A stretch of DNA of 64,000 nt, taken from positions 768,001-832,000 of the forward strand of contig CAXXGI010000002.1 in NCBI GenBank assembly GCA_963674695.2. Reading direction: 5' to 3'. This stretch comes from a bacterium. Its GTDB lineage: Bacteria; UBA10199; 2-02-FULL-44-16; JAAZCA01. The stretch's first letter is position 1. Each line of letters starts with the position of its first letter. Below are positions 35,853 to 45,605 of this stretch, piece by piece. The notes under the pieces are model-generated. The model had not been told where the DNA came from, did not search any database, and saw only the letters and a list, made by a program, of their open reading frames with translations. The position numbers were made by a program, and so were the translations under genes.

Positions 35853-36638
35853 ATGAAACGTCTTGGCATCATCGTCATCTGTATCGCTACGCTGACGATA
35901 TCGTGCGCGAAGCAATCGCCGCGTGTGGTGACGGGGGATGTTGGGCGTGTGACGAAACAGTCCGAGGCGTTGACGAAAGCGCTCGAGTCCTATCGCGAAA
36001 CCACCACGACGATGCGCGCGCTGGCTTGGGCGGAGATGGGCCTGGACGAGGAGGTGCGCAAGACCGAAGCGGCGCTCGTGATCGCGCGTCCGACGAGTTT
36101 GCGCATCGATGCGATGGATGCCCTGGCGGACGTCTGGGCACGTGCGGGTACCGCCGACGGCCGCCTCTGGCTCTCCCTCCCGGCGAAACGAAAACTCTAC
36201 TCCGGGCGCGCCTCCCGTGCGATGCTCTCACGGCTCACCGGTTTTGACTGGCGCGTCGATGAGCTCGTGGCGGTGCTGGCCGGGTCCGCGCCGGTTCCCG
36301 TTGGAGCCCAGCTCCATCAGGTTGGTCCCGGTCGGGATCGACACTTCCGTGTCGTCGGCGAGCCGTTGCACCTCTGGTTGGCAAAGCGCGGCGGTCCCGT
36401 GGTGCGCTGCGCACGCTATACGAATGATGAACGCGAGCCGCTCTACATCGTCACCTTTTCCGATCATCGTTCGGTCGGGGGGGTCCTCGTACCGCATCGC
36501 ATCGAGGCCCTCTTCCCCACGCGGCGTGCGCGGATTCTCGTTGAACTGCATGAGGTGGATCGGGGCGCGACGATCGAACGCGCGACCTTTCTGCCGCCGT
36601 CGAAGGGGCGGTTCAAACACGTGAGGTTTCGGGAATGA
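35853..36638 (+). CDS. Lipoprotein, LolB/DUF4292-like
   Basis: Lipobox TISC, 'RP..LRID', 'VPHRIE'; follows the TPR gene as lolB does in many Proteobacteria. Confidence 0.55.
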   Translation: MKRLGIIVICIATLTISCAKQSPRVVTGDVGRVTKQSEALTKALESYRETTTTMRALAWAEMGLDEEVRKTEAALVIARPTSLRIDAMDALADVWARAGTADGRLWLSLPAKRKLYSGRASRAMLSRLTGFDWRVDELVAVLAGSAPVPVGAQLHQVGPGRDRHFRVVGEPLHLWLAKRGGPVVRCARYTNDEREPLYIVTFSDHRSVGGVLVPHRIEALFPTRRARILVELHEVDRGATIERATFLPPSKGRFKHVRFRE

Positions 36639-38239
36639 GAAGGCCCAGCCCTCGATCGGTCGTTCTCGGTGTATGTGCGCTCATCGCGCTCATGATCTCC
36701 TCCTGCGACTTTCGCGTCGAGCGCAGCCCGGACGTGCTCACCACCTCGTTGTTGGGCGATCCGACCATCCTCAATCCCGTGTTGGCCACCGATGCCTACG
36801 CGCAGGGAATCTTGAGCTATATCTATCAAGGCTTGCTCGATCTCGATATCGAGACGATGGAACTCGTTCCCATGCTCGCCGAACGGTGGGAGGCATCTGA
36901 GGATCACCTCTCCTATACCTACTGGATTCGCGAAGGCGTGCGGTGGCAGGACGGCACTCCCTTTACCGTCGATGACGTCCTCTTTACGTTCGAGACCATC
37001 CTCGATCCGAAGGTCGATGCGGCGCGCCTGCGCAACTATTTTCGAAACCTCAAGGCGATCGAGCGCGTCGGCGATCGCGGCGTGCGTTTTGTCTTCACCG
37101 AACCCTATTTTCGCGCCCACATCATGTGCGGACGCCAGCCGATCATCCCCAAGCATATCTTCGGCGACGGGCAGGAGATGAACAGCCATCCCGCCAATCG
37201 CACGCCTGTGGGCACGGGGCCGTATCGCTTCGCCGAATGGAAGACGGGCCAGCGCGTGCGGCTCGATCGATTTGAGGGATATTGGGGAGACAAGCCGGCC
37301 ATCCGCGGTATCGTCTATAAGATCATCCCCGAGCAGGTCACCGCATTCCAGCTGATGCGCAAGGGTGGCCTCGATGCGGATACGGTCAGTGCGGTCCAGT
37401 GGGCGCGGCAGACCGAGGATCGCGCCTTCAACGAGCGGTTTTCAAAGCATCGCTTCTTTCCGCCGAACTATTTCTTTGTCGCCTGGAATAATCGCAAGCC
37501 CTATTTCTCCGATCCGCTCGTGCGCCGCGCGATGACGATGCTCATCGACCGCGAGGCGATCGTACGCGAGCTCCTCTTCGGGCAGGGGCATGTGATCGAC
37601 TCCTCCTTCTATCTCTACGGGCGCGAGGTCGATCGCGACATCACGCCCTTGCCCTACGACCCGGCCCAGGCGGTCAAGCTGTTGGATGCGTCGGGCTGGA
37701 TCGACCATGACGGCGACGGCATCCGGGACAAGGATGGCACCCCCTTTCGCTTCGTCTATCTCTATCCGGCCGAGAGCCGGTTGGCCCGAAGCATCGGGAT
37801 CTTCATGCGTGAGGACTTGGCCAAGGTCGGTATCGATTGCGAGCCGCGACAGATCGAATGGGCCACCTTGCTCAAGCTCCTGGGCGAGCGCAATTACGAT
37901 GCGACGCAGCTGGGGTATACGGGGCAGTTGGAATCCGATCCCTTTCAGGTCTGGCATTCCTCGCAGGCCGAGGCCGGTTCCAACCTCTCGGGGTTTGCCG
38001 ATGCGCGCGCTGATGCCCTCATCGAGGAGGCGCGTCGCACCTTTGACCGCGACCGACGCATCGAACTCTATCGCGAATTTCAGCGCATCGTTCATGCCGC
38101 GCAGCCCGTGACGTTTCTCTTTACCAGTGCCACCCTCGAGGTGGTCGATCGACGCTTCACCGATGTCGTCGATTATCCGATGGGCCTCGACCTCATGAAG
38201 TGGGGCATCGGCCCGTCGGCGGTGTTGTATGAATGGTAG
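36635..38239 (+). CDS. oppA: Peptide ABC transporter substrate-binding lipoprotein
   Basis: Lipobox, P.LAE.W, WQDG.PFT.DDV, GTGPY, VRRAM. Confidence 0.9.
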   Translation: MRRPSPRSVVLGVCALIALMISSCDFRVERSPDVLTTSLLGDPTILNPVLATDAYAQGILSYIYQGLLDLDIETMELVPMLAERWEASEDHLSYTYWIREGVRWQDGTPFTVDDVLFTFETILDPKVDAARLRNYFRNLKAIERVGDRGVRFVFTEPYFRAHIMCGRQPIIPKHIFGDGQEMNSHPANRTPVGTGPYRFAEWKTGQRVRLDRFEGYWGDKPAIRGIVYKIIPEQVTAFQLMRKGGLDADTVSAVQWARQTEDRAFNERFSKHRFFPPNYFFVAWNNRKPYFSDPLVRRAMTMLIDREAIVRELLFGQGHVIDSSFYLYGREVDRDITPLPYDPAQAVKLLDASGWIDHDGDGIRDKDGTPFRFVYLYPAESRLARSIGIFMREDLAKVGIDCEPRQIEWATLLKLLGERNYDATQLGYTGQLESDPFQVWHSSQAEAGSNLSGFADARADALIEEARRTFDRDRRIELYREFQRIVHAAQPVTFLFTSATLEVVDRRFTDVVDYPMGLDLMKWGIGPSAVLYEW

Positions 38240-38280
38240 CCTCGTGAGATGGCGAGATAGCACAATAGCGAGATAGCAAT

Positions 38281-39285
38281 ATGTTTTCTTACGTTATCAA
38301 ACGATTGCTCCTCATGATTCCGACTTTTTTCGGAATCGTGGTGGTGACCTTTGCGGTGGTGCACTTGGCCCCCGGTGATCCGGCCGAGCTCAAGGCCCAG
38401 TCGGCGCGTGAAGCGATCGCCTCCGACCAGGCCACACAGCAGATCGTCGCGGAGACGCGCGCGCTCTATGGCTTGGACAAACCGCTCGTCGTCCAGTTCG
38501 GGTTGTGGATGAAACGCGTGGTGACCCTCGATTTCGGGACCTCCTTTCGCGACCATCGCCCGGTGATCGACAAGATCGGCGATGCGCTCCCCATCACGCT
38601 CACGCTCAACGTATTGACCATCCTCATCGTCTATCTGGTCTCCATCCCGCTGGGTGTCTATACGGCGCTCAAGCCTCGGGGGGTTGCCGATCGCGCGGCG
38701 ACGGTGGGGCTGCTCGTCCTCTATTCGCTGCCGAGCTTCTGGGTGGCCATGATGCTCATCGTCGCCTTCGGTGGCGGCGGCGACTGGTTCAACTGGTTTC
38801 CGATCACCGGTTTTGTCTCCGATCATGCCGATCTCCTCCCCTGGTACGGGTGGGTGGCAAACGTCGCCTGGCACCTCGTGCTGCCGGTGGCCTGTCTCAC
38901 CTACGGCGGGTTCGCCTTCCTCTCGCGCTTTGCGCGCACGGCGATGCTCGAGGTGATTCGCCAGGACTATGTGCGAACCGCGCGCGCAAAAGGGCTCTCC
39001 GAGTGGTGCGTGGTGACCAAACACGCCCTGCGCAACGCGCTCATCCCGATGCTCACGCTCATGGGCACGCTCCTTCCCGCATTGCTCGGCGGGAGCGTGA
39101 TCGTCGAGCAGATCTTCGCCATTCCGGGCATGGGGCGGCTCGGGTTTGAATCGGTGCTCGCGCGTGACTATCCCGTGATCATGGCGATCGCTACAATTTC
39201 AGCGGTGCTCACGCTCCTGAGTATCCTCATTACCGATATCCTCTACGCGGTCGTCGACCCGCGTGTGACGTTTGGAAAACGATGA
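38281..39285 (+). CDS. oppB: Peptide ABC transporter permease
   Basis: APGDP, YVRTARAKGL, HALRNA, DPRV. Confidence 0.92.
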   Translation: MFSYVIKRLLLMIPTFFGIVVVTFAVVHLAPGDPAELKAQSAREAIASDQATQQIVAETRALYGLDKPLVVQFGLWMKRVVTLDFGTSFRDHRPVIDKIGDALPITLTLNVLTILIVYLVSIPLGVYTALKPRGVADRAATVGLLVLYSLPSFWVAMMLIVAFGGGGDWFNWFPITGFVSDHADLLPWYGWVANVAWHLVLPVACLTYGGFAFLSRFARTAMLEVIRQDYVRTARAKGLSEWCVVTKHALRNALIPMLTLMGTLLPALLGGSVIVEQIFAIPGMGRLGFESVLARDYPVIMAIATISAVLTLLSILITDILYAVVDPRVTFGKR

Positions 39286-40274
39286 TGCCTTCGCAGACCT
39301 ACAGCGCCATCGTGTGGCGACAGTTTCGAAAGAGTCGGCTGGCAACGGTGAGCCTCCTCTTCGTCGTCGTGCTCGCGTGCGTGGCGATCATGGCACCGCT
39401 GATCGCCAACGATCGCCCGCTCATCATGCGCGATGCACAAGGGTTCGCTGCTCCGGCGCTCCATCTTCCGGCGCGATTGCGCGGTGTGGATATGCAGCTC
39501 TTTACCCAAAATCCGCCGCCGGGGGTGTGGCTCATCATGCCGCCCATTCCGTATCGGCCCGGATCGTATGATCTGGGCGCGGTGCTCGTCTCCCCGTCGC
39601 GCGCACACCTTTTGGGGACCGACGGCGATGGTCGCGATGTGGCTTCGCAGATCGTTTGGGGAACGCGCATCTCGCTCTCGGTTGGACTTATCGCCGTAGG
39701 GTTGGCCGTCTTCATCGGTCTGATCCTGGGAGCGCTGGCTGGGTTCTACGGGGGATGGATCGATATCGTCATCTCCCGTTTTGTGGAGGTGATGCTCTGT
39801 TTCCCGACCTTCTTTCTCATCCTGGTGGTGCTCGCTTTTGTCGGCCCGTCGATCTATAACATCATGATCGTCATCGGCATCACCAGTTGGACCGGGACGG
39901 CGCGCCTGATACGAGCGGAGTTTCTACGCCTACGCTCGCGCGAGTTCGTTTTGGCAGCGACTGTCTCCGGCGCGCGGCACCTGCGCATCATGCGCCGGCA
40001 TCTGCTGCCCAACGCCATTGCGCCGATCCTGGTGGCGGCTCCCTTCGGTGTCGCCGGTGCGATCCTCGTCGAGGCGTCGCTCTCCTTTCTGGGCTTCGGC
40101 GTACCACCGACGGAGCCGAGCTGGGGAAGCATGCTGGCGCAGGCCCAGCGATTTATGGATATCGCGTGGTGGTTGACTTTGGCCCCGGGCTTTGCGATTT
40201 TCGCGACGATCATGGCGTATAACCTCATCGGAGAGACGCTGCGCGATGCGATCGATCCGAACCTGAAAACCTAA
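39282..40274 (+). CDS. oppC: Peptide ABC transporter permease
   Basis: HLLGTDGDGRD, RHLLPN, SFLGFG, PSWG. Confidence 0.92.
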   Translation: MMPSQTYSAIVWRQFRKSRLATVSLLFVVVLACVAIMAPLIANDRPLIMRDAQGFAAPALHLPARLRGVDMQLFTQNPPPGVWLIMPPIPYRPGSYDLGAVLVSPSRAHLLGTDGDGRDVASQIVWGTRISLSVGLIAVGLAVFIGLILGALAGFYGGWIDIVISRFVEVMLCFPTFFLILVVLAFVGPSIYNIMIVIGITSWTGTARLIRAEFLRLRSREFVLAATVSGARHLRIMRRHLLPNAIAPILVAAPFGVAGAILVEASLSFLGFGVPPTEPSWGSMLAQAQRFMDIAWWLTLAPGFAIFATIMAYNLIGETLRDAIDPNLKT

Positions 40275-40280
40275 GAGCGC

Positions 40281-40372
40281 GAGTCAGGCAAGTCAGGCGA
40301 GAAAGGTTTACAGCTTGAATCAAAGTCGTTTTTAGCCTGACTGGCTTGACTGGCTTGACTGGCCTGACTGGC
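40281..40372. repeat. 9-bp tandem microrepeats in inverted pair
   Basis: AGTCAGGC(A/G) x2 and (C/T)TGACTGGC x4. Confidence 0.8.
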
Positions 40373-40387
40373 AGATCTTGAGGTGTT

Positions 40388-41407
40388 GTGACATTACTCC
40401 AGGTCGACAATTTGCAGACCCACTTCTTCACCGACGATGGAGTGGTGCGCGCCGTCGACGGCGTCTCCTTCTCGATCGACCGCGGCGAGACTCTGGGGCT
40501 CGTCGGCGAGAGCGGATGCGGCAAGAGCGTGCTCTCGCTCTCGCTCATGCGCCTTATCTCCAATCCGCCCGGGCGGATCGTCGCCGGCGAGGTTGATTTT
40601 CAGCTGACCGAGAATGGCGGTCCGGTCGATCTCCTTAAGCTCAGCGAAAAACAGATGCGCATGGTGCGGGGCAAGCGCATGGCGATGGTCTTTCAGGAGC
40701 CGATGACCTCCTTGAATCCCGTCTACACGATCGGCAATCAGATCGGCGAGGCCCTGCACTTGCACGAGGGCGGCAGCTCCGCGCAGGTTCGCGCGCGCAT
40801 CATCGAGATGCTGGGGCTCGTGGGGATTCCGGCGCCGGAGCGTCGTCTCAAGGATTACCCGCATCAGCTCTCCGGCGGGATGCGTCAGCGCGCCATGATC
40901 GCTATGGCGCTGGCCTGTCGGCCGGATCTGCTGCTCGCCGATGAACCGACCACCGCGCTCGATGTGACAATTCAGGCGCAGATCCTGGATCTCATTCGGC
41001 GGCTGCAGTCGGAGTTGGGCATGGCGCTGGTGCTCGTGACGCACGATCTGGGCGTCGTGGCCGAGATGGCCTCGCGCGTGATCGTCATGTATGCGGGTCG
41101 TTTCGTGGAGATGGGCACGACCGATGAGATCTTTCGCGAGCCGATGCATCCGTATACGCAGGGCCTGCTTCGTTCCATTCCGCCGCTCGAACGGCTCCCG
41201 CGCGGGACGCGTCTGCCGACGATCCCGGGGATGGTGCCGGACCTGGCTCATCTCCCCAAGGGATGCGCCTTTGCCGATCGCTGTCCAAAGGTGCAGGCGC
41301 GCTGTCGCCAAGAGGAGGTCCCGGCCGACCCCTGTAACGTGGGTCGGCTGGTGCGGTGTTTTTATGCGGGTGCAGGCGAGAAAGGCCAGTCAGGCGGGAA
41401 CCGATGA
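40388..41407 (+). CDS. oppD: Peptide ABC transporter ATP-binding protein
   Basis: [28 protein letters not shown]. Confidence 0.93.
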   Translation: MTLLQVDNLQTHFFTDDGVVRAVDGVSFSIDRGETLGLVGESGCGKSVLSLSLMRLISNPPGRIVAGEVDFQLTENGGPVDLLKLSEKQMRMVRGKRMAMVFQEPMTSLNPVYTIGNQIGEALHLHEGGSSAQVRARIIEMLGLVGIPAPERRLKDYPHQLSGGMRQRAMIAMALACRPDLLLADEPTTALDVTIQAQILDLIRRLQSELGMALVLVTHDLGVVAEMASRVIVMYAGRFVEMGTTDEIFREPMHPYTQGLLRSIPPLERLPRGTRLPTIPGMVPDLAHLPKGCAFADRCPKVQARCRQEEVPADPCNVGRLVRCFYAGAGEKGQSGGNR

Positions 41408-42438
41408 CCGATATTTTGCTCGACATTCAGAATCTCGTAAAGGGGTTTCCCGTGACCGGCGGCATCCTCGGTCGTGAGGTGGCGCGCGTGCATGCGGTGC
41501 GCGGCATGACGCTTTCCATCCACCGCGGCGAGACGTTGGGGCTCGTCGGCGAGAGCGGCTGTGGCAAGTCGACGCTCGGACAGCTCATCCTGCGCCTGAT
41601 CGATCCGGATGCGGGACATATTTTTTTCGAAGGGCGTGAGATCACACATCTGTCTCAGCGGCAGCTGCGACCGCTGCGCCGTCAGATGCAGATCATCTTT
41701 CAGGATCCGTATGCCTCGCTCAACCCGCGCATGACCGTCGGCGAGATCGTCGCCGAGCCGCTCCTGGTGCACCATGTGGGCAATGCGTATGAGCGGCGTG
41801 AACGCGCGATGGAATTGCTGCGGTTGGTGGGGCTGAAACCCGATGCCGCGGGGAAGTATCCGCATGAGTTCTCCGGCGGACAGCGTCAGCGCGTGGGCAT
41901 TGCGCGCGCCATCGCGCTCAACCCGAAGCTCATCATCGCCGACGAGCCGGTCTCCGCGCTGGACGTTTCGATTCGTGGTGAGATCCTCAACCTCTTGAGC
42001 GATCTGCGCGAGCAGTTCGAGTTGACCTATCTCTTCATCGCGCACGATCTCAAGGTGGTCGAGCATATCAGTCATCGCGTTGCGGTGATGTACCTCGGAA
42101 AACTCATGGAGCTCTTTCCGGCCGATGAGCTGGCGCAGGCGCGTCATCCGTACACGCAGGCGCTTATCTCGGCCATTCCGATTCCGGATCCAAGCGTGCG
42201 CAAGAAGCGGATGGTGCTCATCGGGGATACGCCGTCGCCGCTCTTCCCCCCGGCCGGGTGTCCGTTCCACACGCGTTGTCCCTATGCCGAGGAGATCTGC
42301 CGGTGGGAAGAGCCGCCGGTTGCGGAGTATCAACCCGGTTTTTCGGCCTCCTGTCACCTCATCGATCGCATGCAGGATCGGTGTGTGGGGATGCTCACAC
42401 CCGGAGGAGAGAAGACGTTGACCCGTTCCTATCCGTAA
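41404..42438 (+). CDS. oppF: Peptide ABC transporter ATP-binding protein
   Basis: [33 protein letters not shown]. Confidence 0.93.
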   Translation: MTDILLDIQNLVKGFPVTGGILGREVARVHAVRGMTLSIHRGETLGLVGESGCGKSTLGQLILRLIDPDAGHIFFEGREITHLSQRQLRPLRRQMQIIFQDPYASLNPRMTVGEIVAEPLLVHHVGNAYERRERAMELLRLVGLKPDAAGKYPHEFSGGQRQRVGIARAIALNPKLIIADEPVSALDVSIRGEILNLLSDLREQFELTYLFIAHDLKVVEHISHRVAVMYLGKLMELFPADELAQARHPYTQALISAIPIPDPSVRKKRMVLIGDTPSPLFPPAGCPFHTRCPYAEEICRWEEPPVAEYQPGFSASCHLIDRMQDRCVGMLTPGGEKTLTRSYP

Positions 42439-42466
42439 GAGGAACAAAAGCTGTTCTGGAGGTTGT

Positions 42467-42970
42467 ATGCGTCGATGGGGAATGCTTGTCATGCTCGTGG
42501 TACTGATGGTGGTCTTCGCGTTTCCCGCACAGGCCAAGAAGAAGAAGGACGTTCGCGTCTATGGGGGGATGGTCATCAATCCCTACGGCATCGCGGTGGA
42601 TGCCAGCTATGATCGGCGCCTCGACAATCTCGTCCCGGGGTACAAGGTGGTCGATGTGGTGATCATCAACGACTCGCTGCAGGTGGTCTATCTCAATCCC
42701 GAAAAGGACAAGTGGTGGGTCAAACTCGCGGAGAACAAGCGTCCGATCAAGGCGATTCACGATCTGCGCCGAGCCGATTCGAAGTCCTGGTCGCACATCC
42801 CCGAACGCGCCCGCGGGCTCCTGAGCTATCCGCTCGTCATTCCGATCGGGGCGCGGCAGGTGATCGACCTCTTCGTTCCCGATACGGTCGACCTCGATCG
42901 CCTCCAGGAACTCATCATCCAACTCAAATCCGCCGGTGGCCCCAAGTTCGAGATCATGTTGCGCCAATAA
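42467..42970 (+). CDS. Secreted hypothetical protein
   Basis: GGAGG RBS, signal peptide ending AQA. Confidence 0.7.
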   Translation: MRRWGMLVMLVVLMVVFAFPAQAKKKKDVRVYGGMVINPYGIAVDASYDRRLDNLVPGYKVVDVVIINDSLQVVYLNPEKDKWWVKLAENKRPIKAIHDLRRADSKSWSHIPERARGLLSYPLVIPIGARQVIDLFVPDTVDLDRLQELIIQLKSAGGPKFEIMLRQ

Positions 42971-43064
42971 GGTATTATCATCGAATGGATCGAGGGAAGG
43001 GTTTGTGGTTGGGGGGGGCGTGATCGGCCTGGTATGTCGATGGGATCTGAAGTATAATTCCTCT

Positions 43065-44018
43065 ATGTCTACAAATCGTTATAAGCATCTTTCGGAAGAA
43101 TTCCGCGCAGGGTATACCATTTTTGAAATCATCATCGTTATCTTGATCATCGCCGTTTTGGCGCTGACGGCGGTTGCCTTTTTTTACAATATCCACGGAG
43201 AAGCTGTGCAGGGGGGTGAACAGGGGGTTGTCGGAGCGGTGCGTTCCGGTTTGGCGACCTATGCGGTTGAATCACAGATGCTCAATCGGCAGCCACGATA
43301 TCCGGAAATGCTCGATGATGCCGAGAGCGGTGCTGCGGCTCCAGATAACCTCTTTTTTTCAACGATCGTTGCGCCTTCGATCAACAGCGATTGGAATAAG
43401 ATCGATACGAATCGGTATGAGGGGCCAACCGGGGTGCAGTATATCTACGACCAGGCAAATGGGACGTTTGCTGCGACCGATCCCGTCCTTGCCTCCTACT
43501 CCTTTGATGAGGGGGAGGGCGATTGGGTCGTTCGGGGGACGACGGTTGCCATTACGGACGGGCAGTTGGTCCTTGGGGATGGGGAGTGGCGTCCTGAAAA
43601 TCGGGCTTTTGTCGGTGATGAAAACTGGACCGACTATACCGTTGAGACCGATGTTCTGCTGCAGCAGGGGTCTGGATACGGAATCTTTTTTCGCGCCCAA
43701 AATCCCGACAGCCCAGAAGGATATATCTTTCAGTACGACCCCGGCTATGGGAGCGGGACTTTCCTTTTTCGGCGATGGGATGCTGGGCATGAGCGATCTC
43801 CGTTTGCACGGGCAGAGCCGGCCGATCCCGATTTCGACTGGTATGGAGTGGAGCGAAATGTTCGCGTTGAGGTCCAAGGGGATACATTTTCCGCCTATGT
43901 CGATGGCGAACTGGTCTTGACCGGAACGGATGACACCTATGACTCCGGTTCTGTCGGTGTTCGATCTTGGCACAATAGCTTGGTCGAATTCGACAATATG
44001 ACCGTTACAGAGCCGTAA
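43065..44018 (+). CDS. Prepilin-like protein with C-terminal DUF1080/ConA-like domain
   Basis: AG-YTIFEIIIVILIIAVLA class III signal; 'WTDYTVE', 'YGIFFR', 'G..F..YVDG', 'G.VG.......EFDN'. Confidence 0.75.
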   Translation: MSTNRYKHLSEEFRAGYTIFEIIIVILIIAVLALTAVAFFYNIHGEAVQGGEQGVVGAVRSGLATYAVESQMLNRQPRYPEMLDDAESGAAAPDNLFFSTIVAPSINSDWNKIDTNRYEGPTGVQYIYDQANGTFAATDPVLASYSFDEGEGDWVVRGTTVAITDGQLVLGDGEWRPENRAFVGDENWTDYTVETDVLLQQGSGYGIFFRAQNPDSPEGYIFQYDPGYGSGTFLFRRWDAGHERSPFARAEPADPDFDWYGVERNVRVEVQGDTFSAYVDGELVLTGTDDTYDSGSVGVRSWHNSLVEFDNMTVTEP

Positions 44019-44042
44019 AGATCTATTGCAAAAGGCGTTGAG

Positions 44043-44082
44043 ACCGCGGATGCCATTCTCGGCCATCCGCGGTTGCTTTTTT
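44043..44082 (+). terminator. Rho-independent terminator
   Basis: ACCGCGGATG/CATCCGCGGT stem then T run. Confidence 0.7.
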
Positions 44083-44166
44083 GAGGGGGGCGTGATTCAC
44101 ATCACCGCGCGACGGTTTTTTCCCAAACGGGTTGCGTCACGTATTGTCATTTTTGTGCCTCAGTGA

Positions 44167-44199
44167 ACGAGTCACGAGTCACGAGTCACGAGTCACGAA
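44167..44199. repeat. 7-bp tandem microrepeat (ACGAGTC x4)
   Basis: Direct reading, immediately before the patatin start. Confidence 0.85.
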
Positions 44200-44201
44200 T
44201 T

Positions 44202-45605
44202 ATGGGTATTACGATCGTCCAAAAGAGTGATCTCACGAAGAAGCGGCCGCATGCGGTCAAGGCGCTCATTCTCTCCGGCGGGGCGGTGACCGGCGGTTCG
44301 TTCAAGGCCGGTGGCATCAAGGCGTTCAACGACTATCTCTCCGGATTTACGGTGAACGACTTCGATTGTTTCGTCGGCATCAGTTCCGGTAGCCTGCTCG
44401 TGACGCCCCTGGTGGGCGGCATCTCGCCCGAATCGGTCCTCAAGAGTCTCGATGGAACGAGCCGGCATTTTTCACCGCTGAGCGCGTGGCACTACTATCG
44501 TCCGAACGTCTCGGAACTCATCTCGCGGCCGATCTCCTTCATGATGCAGGCGGCCACCTGGTTGCCCGGAAGGGTGGCCGCGATCGTCGGTCAATCGGCG
44601 CGCTGGCCGGGGGGATTCATCGGTGCCATCCTCGATTTTGTGCGTCATCCGACGGATGCCTCCTATGAAGAGCTGATGGCGCCGCTGACGACGCTCATTC
44701 GAGGCGGTGATTTCCCGTCGCTGATGGGGCTTCTGCCTTCGGGCCTCTTCGATAACCGTCCCATCGAGCGCTATATTCGCACCAACATCGAGCGCAACGG
44801 GTTGACCAACGATTTTGTCGAGACCGAACGCCTCACGGGAAAACGCCTCTACATTTCGGCGATGCGCCTCGATGGCGCCAGCCGCGTCGTCTTCGGCCCG
44901 GACGAGGAGACCGATCTCTCGATCTCGGAGGCCATTCAGGCCTCCACCGCGATGCCGGGTTTTTATCGCCCGGCGACCATTCGCGGCGTCGATTACGTCG
45001 ATGGCGGCGTGCGCGAGACGGCGAACATCGATGTCGCCATCGACAAGGGGGCCGAGCTCATCGTCTGCTACAATCCCTTTCGTCCCTACGATTCCCAGGA
45101 GTTCGTCAGGGGGATGCAGCGCAGCAATCGCCGGCTCGCTTCGAGCGGCGTGCTGGCGGTGCTCAATCAGATCTTCCGCGCCTTCTTTCACTCGCGACTG
45201 ACCGTCGCCTTGGATCATTTTCGAGAGAGCGATCGTTTCCACGGCGACATCATCCTCATCGAGCCGCGCGCGGACGATCTCGACTTCTTTGCCCTCAACC
45301 CATTGGCGCTGGCCAACCGCGTTGAAGCGGCGCGCCTGGGGTTCGTCTCCGTGCGCAACTCCATCGAGGAACGCTTCGACGAGATGGCCGAAATCCTCGC
45401 CGCCTATGGTATCACCATGAGTCGCTCGGGAGTGGATGCTGAATATCAGTGTATCGCGGAACCGGATGCGACCGAGCAGGATGTGCAGTTCCTTCTGGAA
45501 GGGCGCAGCCGTCTTCCGGCGAAGAAGGCGGCCAAACGGACGAGACGGGGTCGTTCGAAGACGAAGAAGAAGACAAAGACAACGAGGAAGAAGAGCACGC
45601 GATGA
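44202..45605 (+). CDS. Patatin-like phospholipase
   Basis: SGGAVTG, GISSG (GxSxG), AS.AMPG, YVDGG; basic C-terminal tail. Confidence 0.88.
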   Translation: MGITIVQKSDLTKKRPHAVKALILSGGAVTGGSFKAGGIKAFNDYLSGFTVNDFDCFVGISSGSLLVTPLVGGISPESVLKSLDGTSRHFSPLSAWHYYRPNVSELISRPISFMMQAATWLPGRVAAIVGQSARWPGGFIGAILDFVRHPTDASYEELMAPLTTLIRGGDFPSLMGLLPSGLFDNRPIERYIRTNIERNGLTNDFVETERLTGKRLYISAMRLDGASRVVFGPDEETDLSISEAIQASTAMPGFYRPATIRGVDYVDGGVRETANIDVAIDKGAELIVCYNPFRPYDSQEFVRGMQRSNRRLASSGVLAVLNQIFRAFFHSRLTVALDHFRESDRFHGDIILIEPRADDLDFFALNPLALANRVEAARLGFVSVRNSIEERFDEMAEILAAYGITMSRSGVDAEYQCIAEPDATEQDVQFLLEGRSRLPAKKAAKRTRRGRSKTKKKTKTTRKKSTR

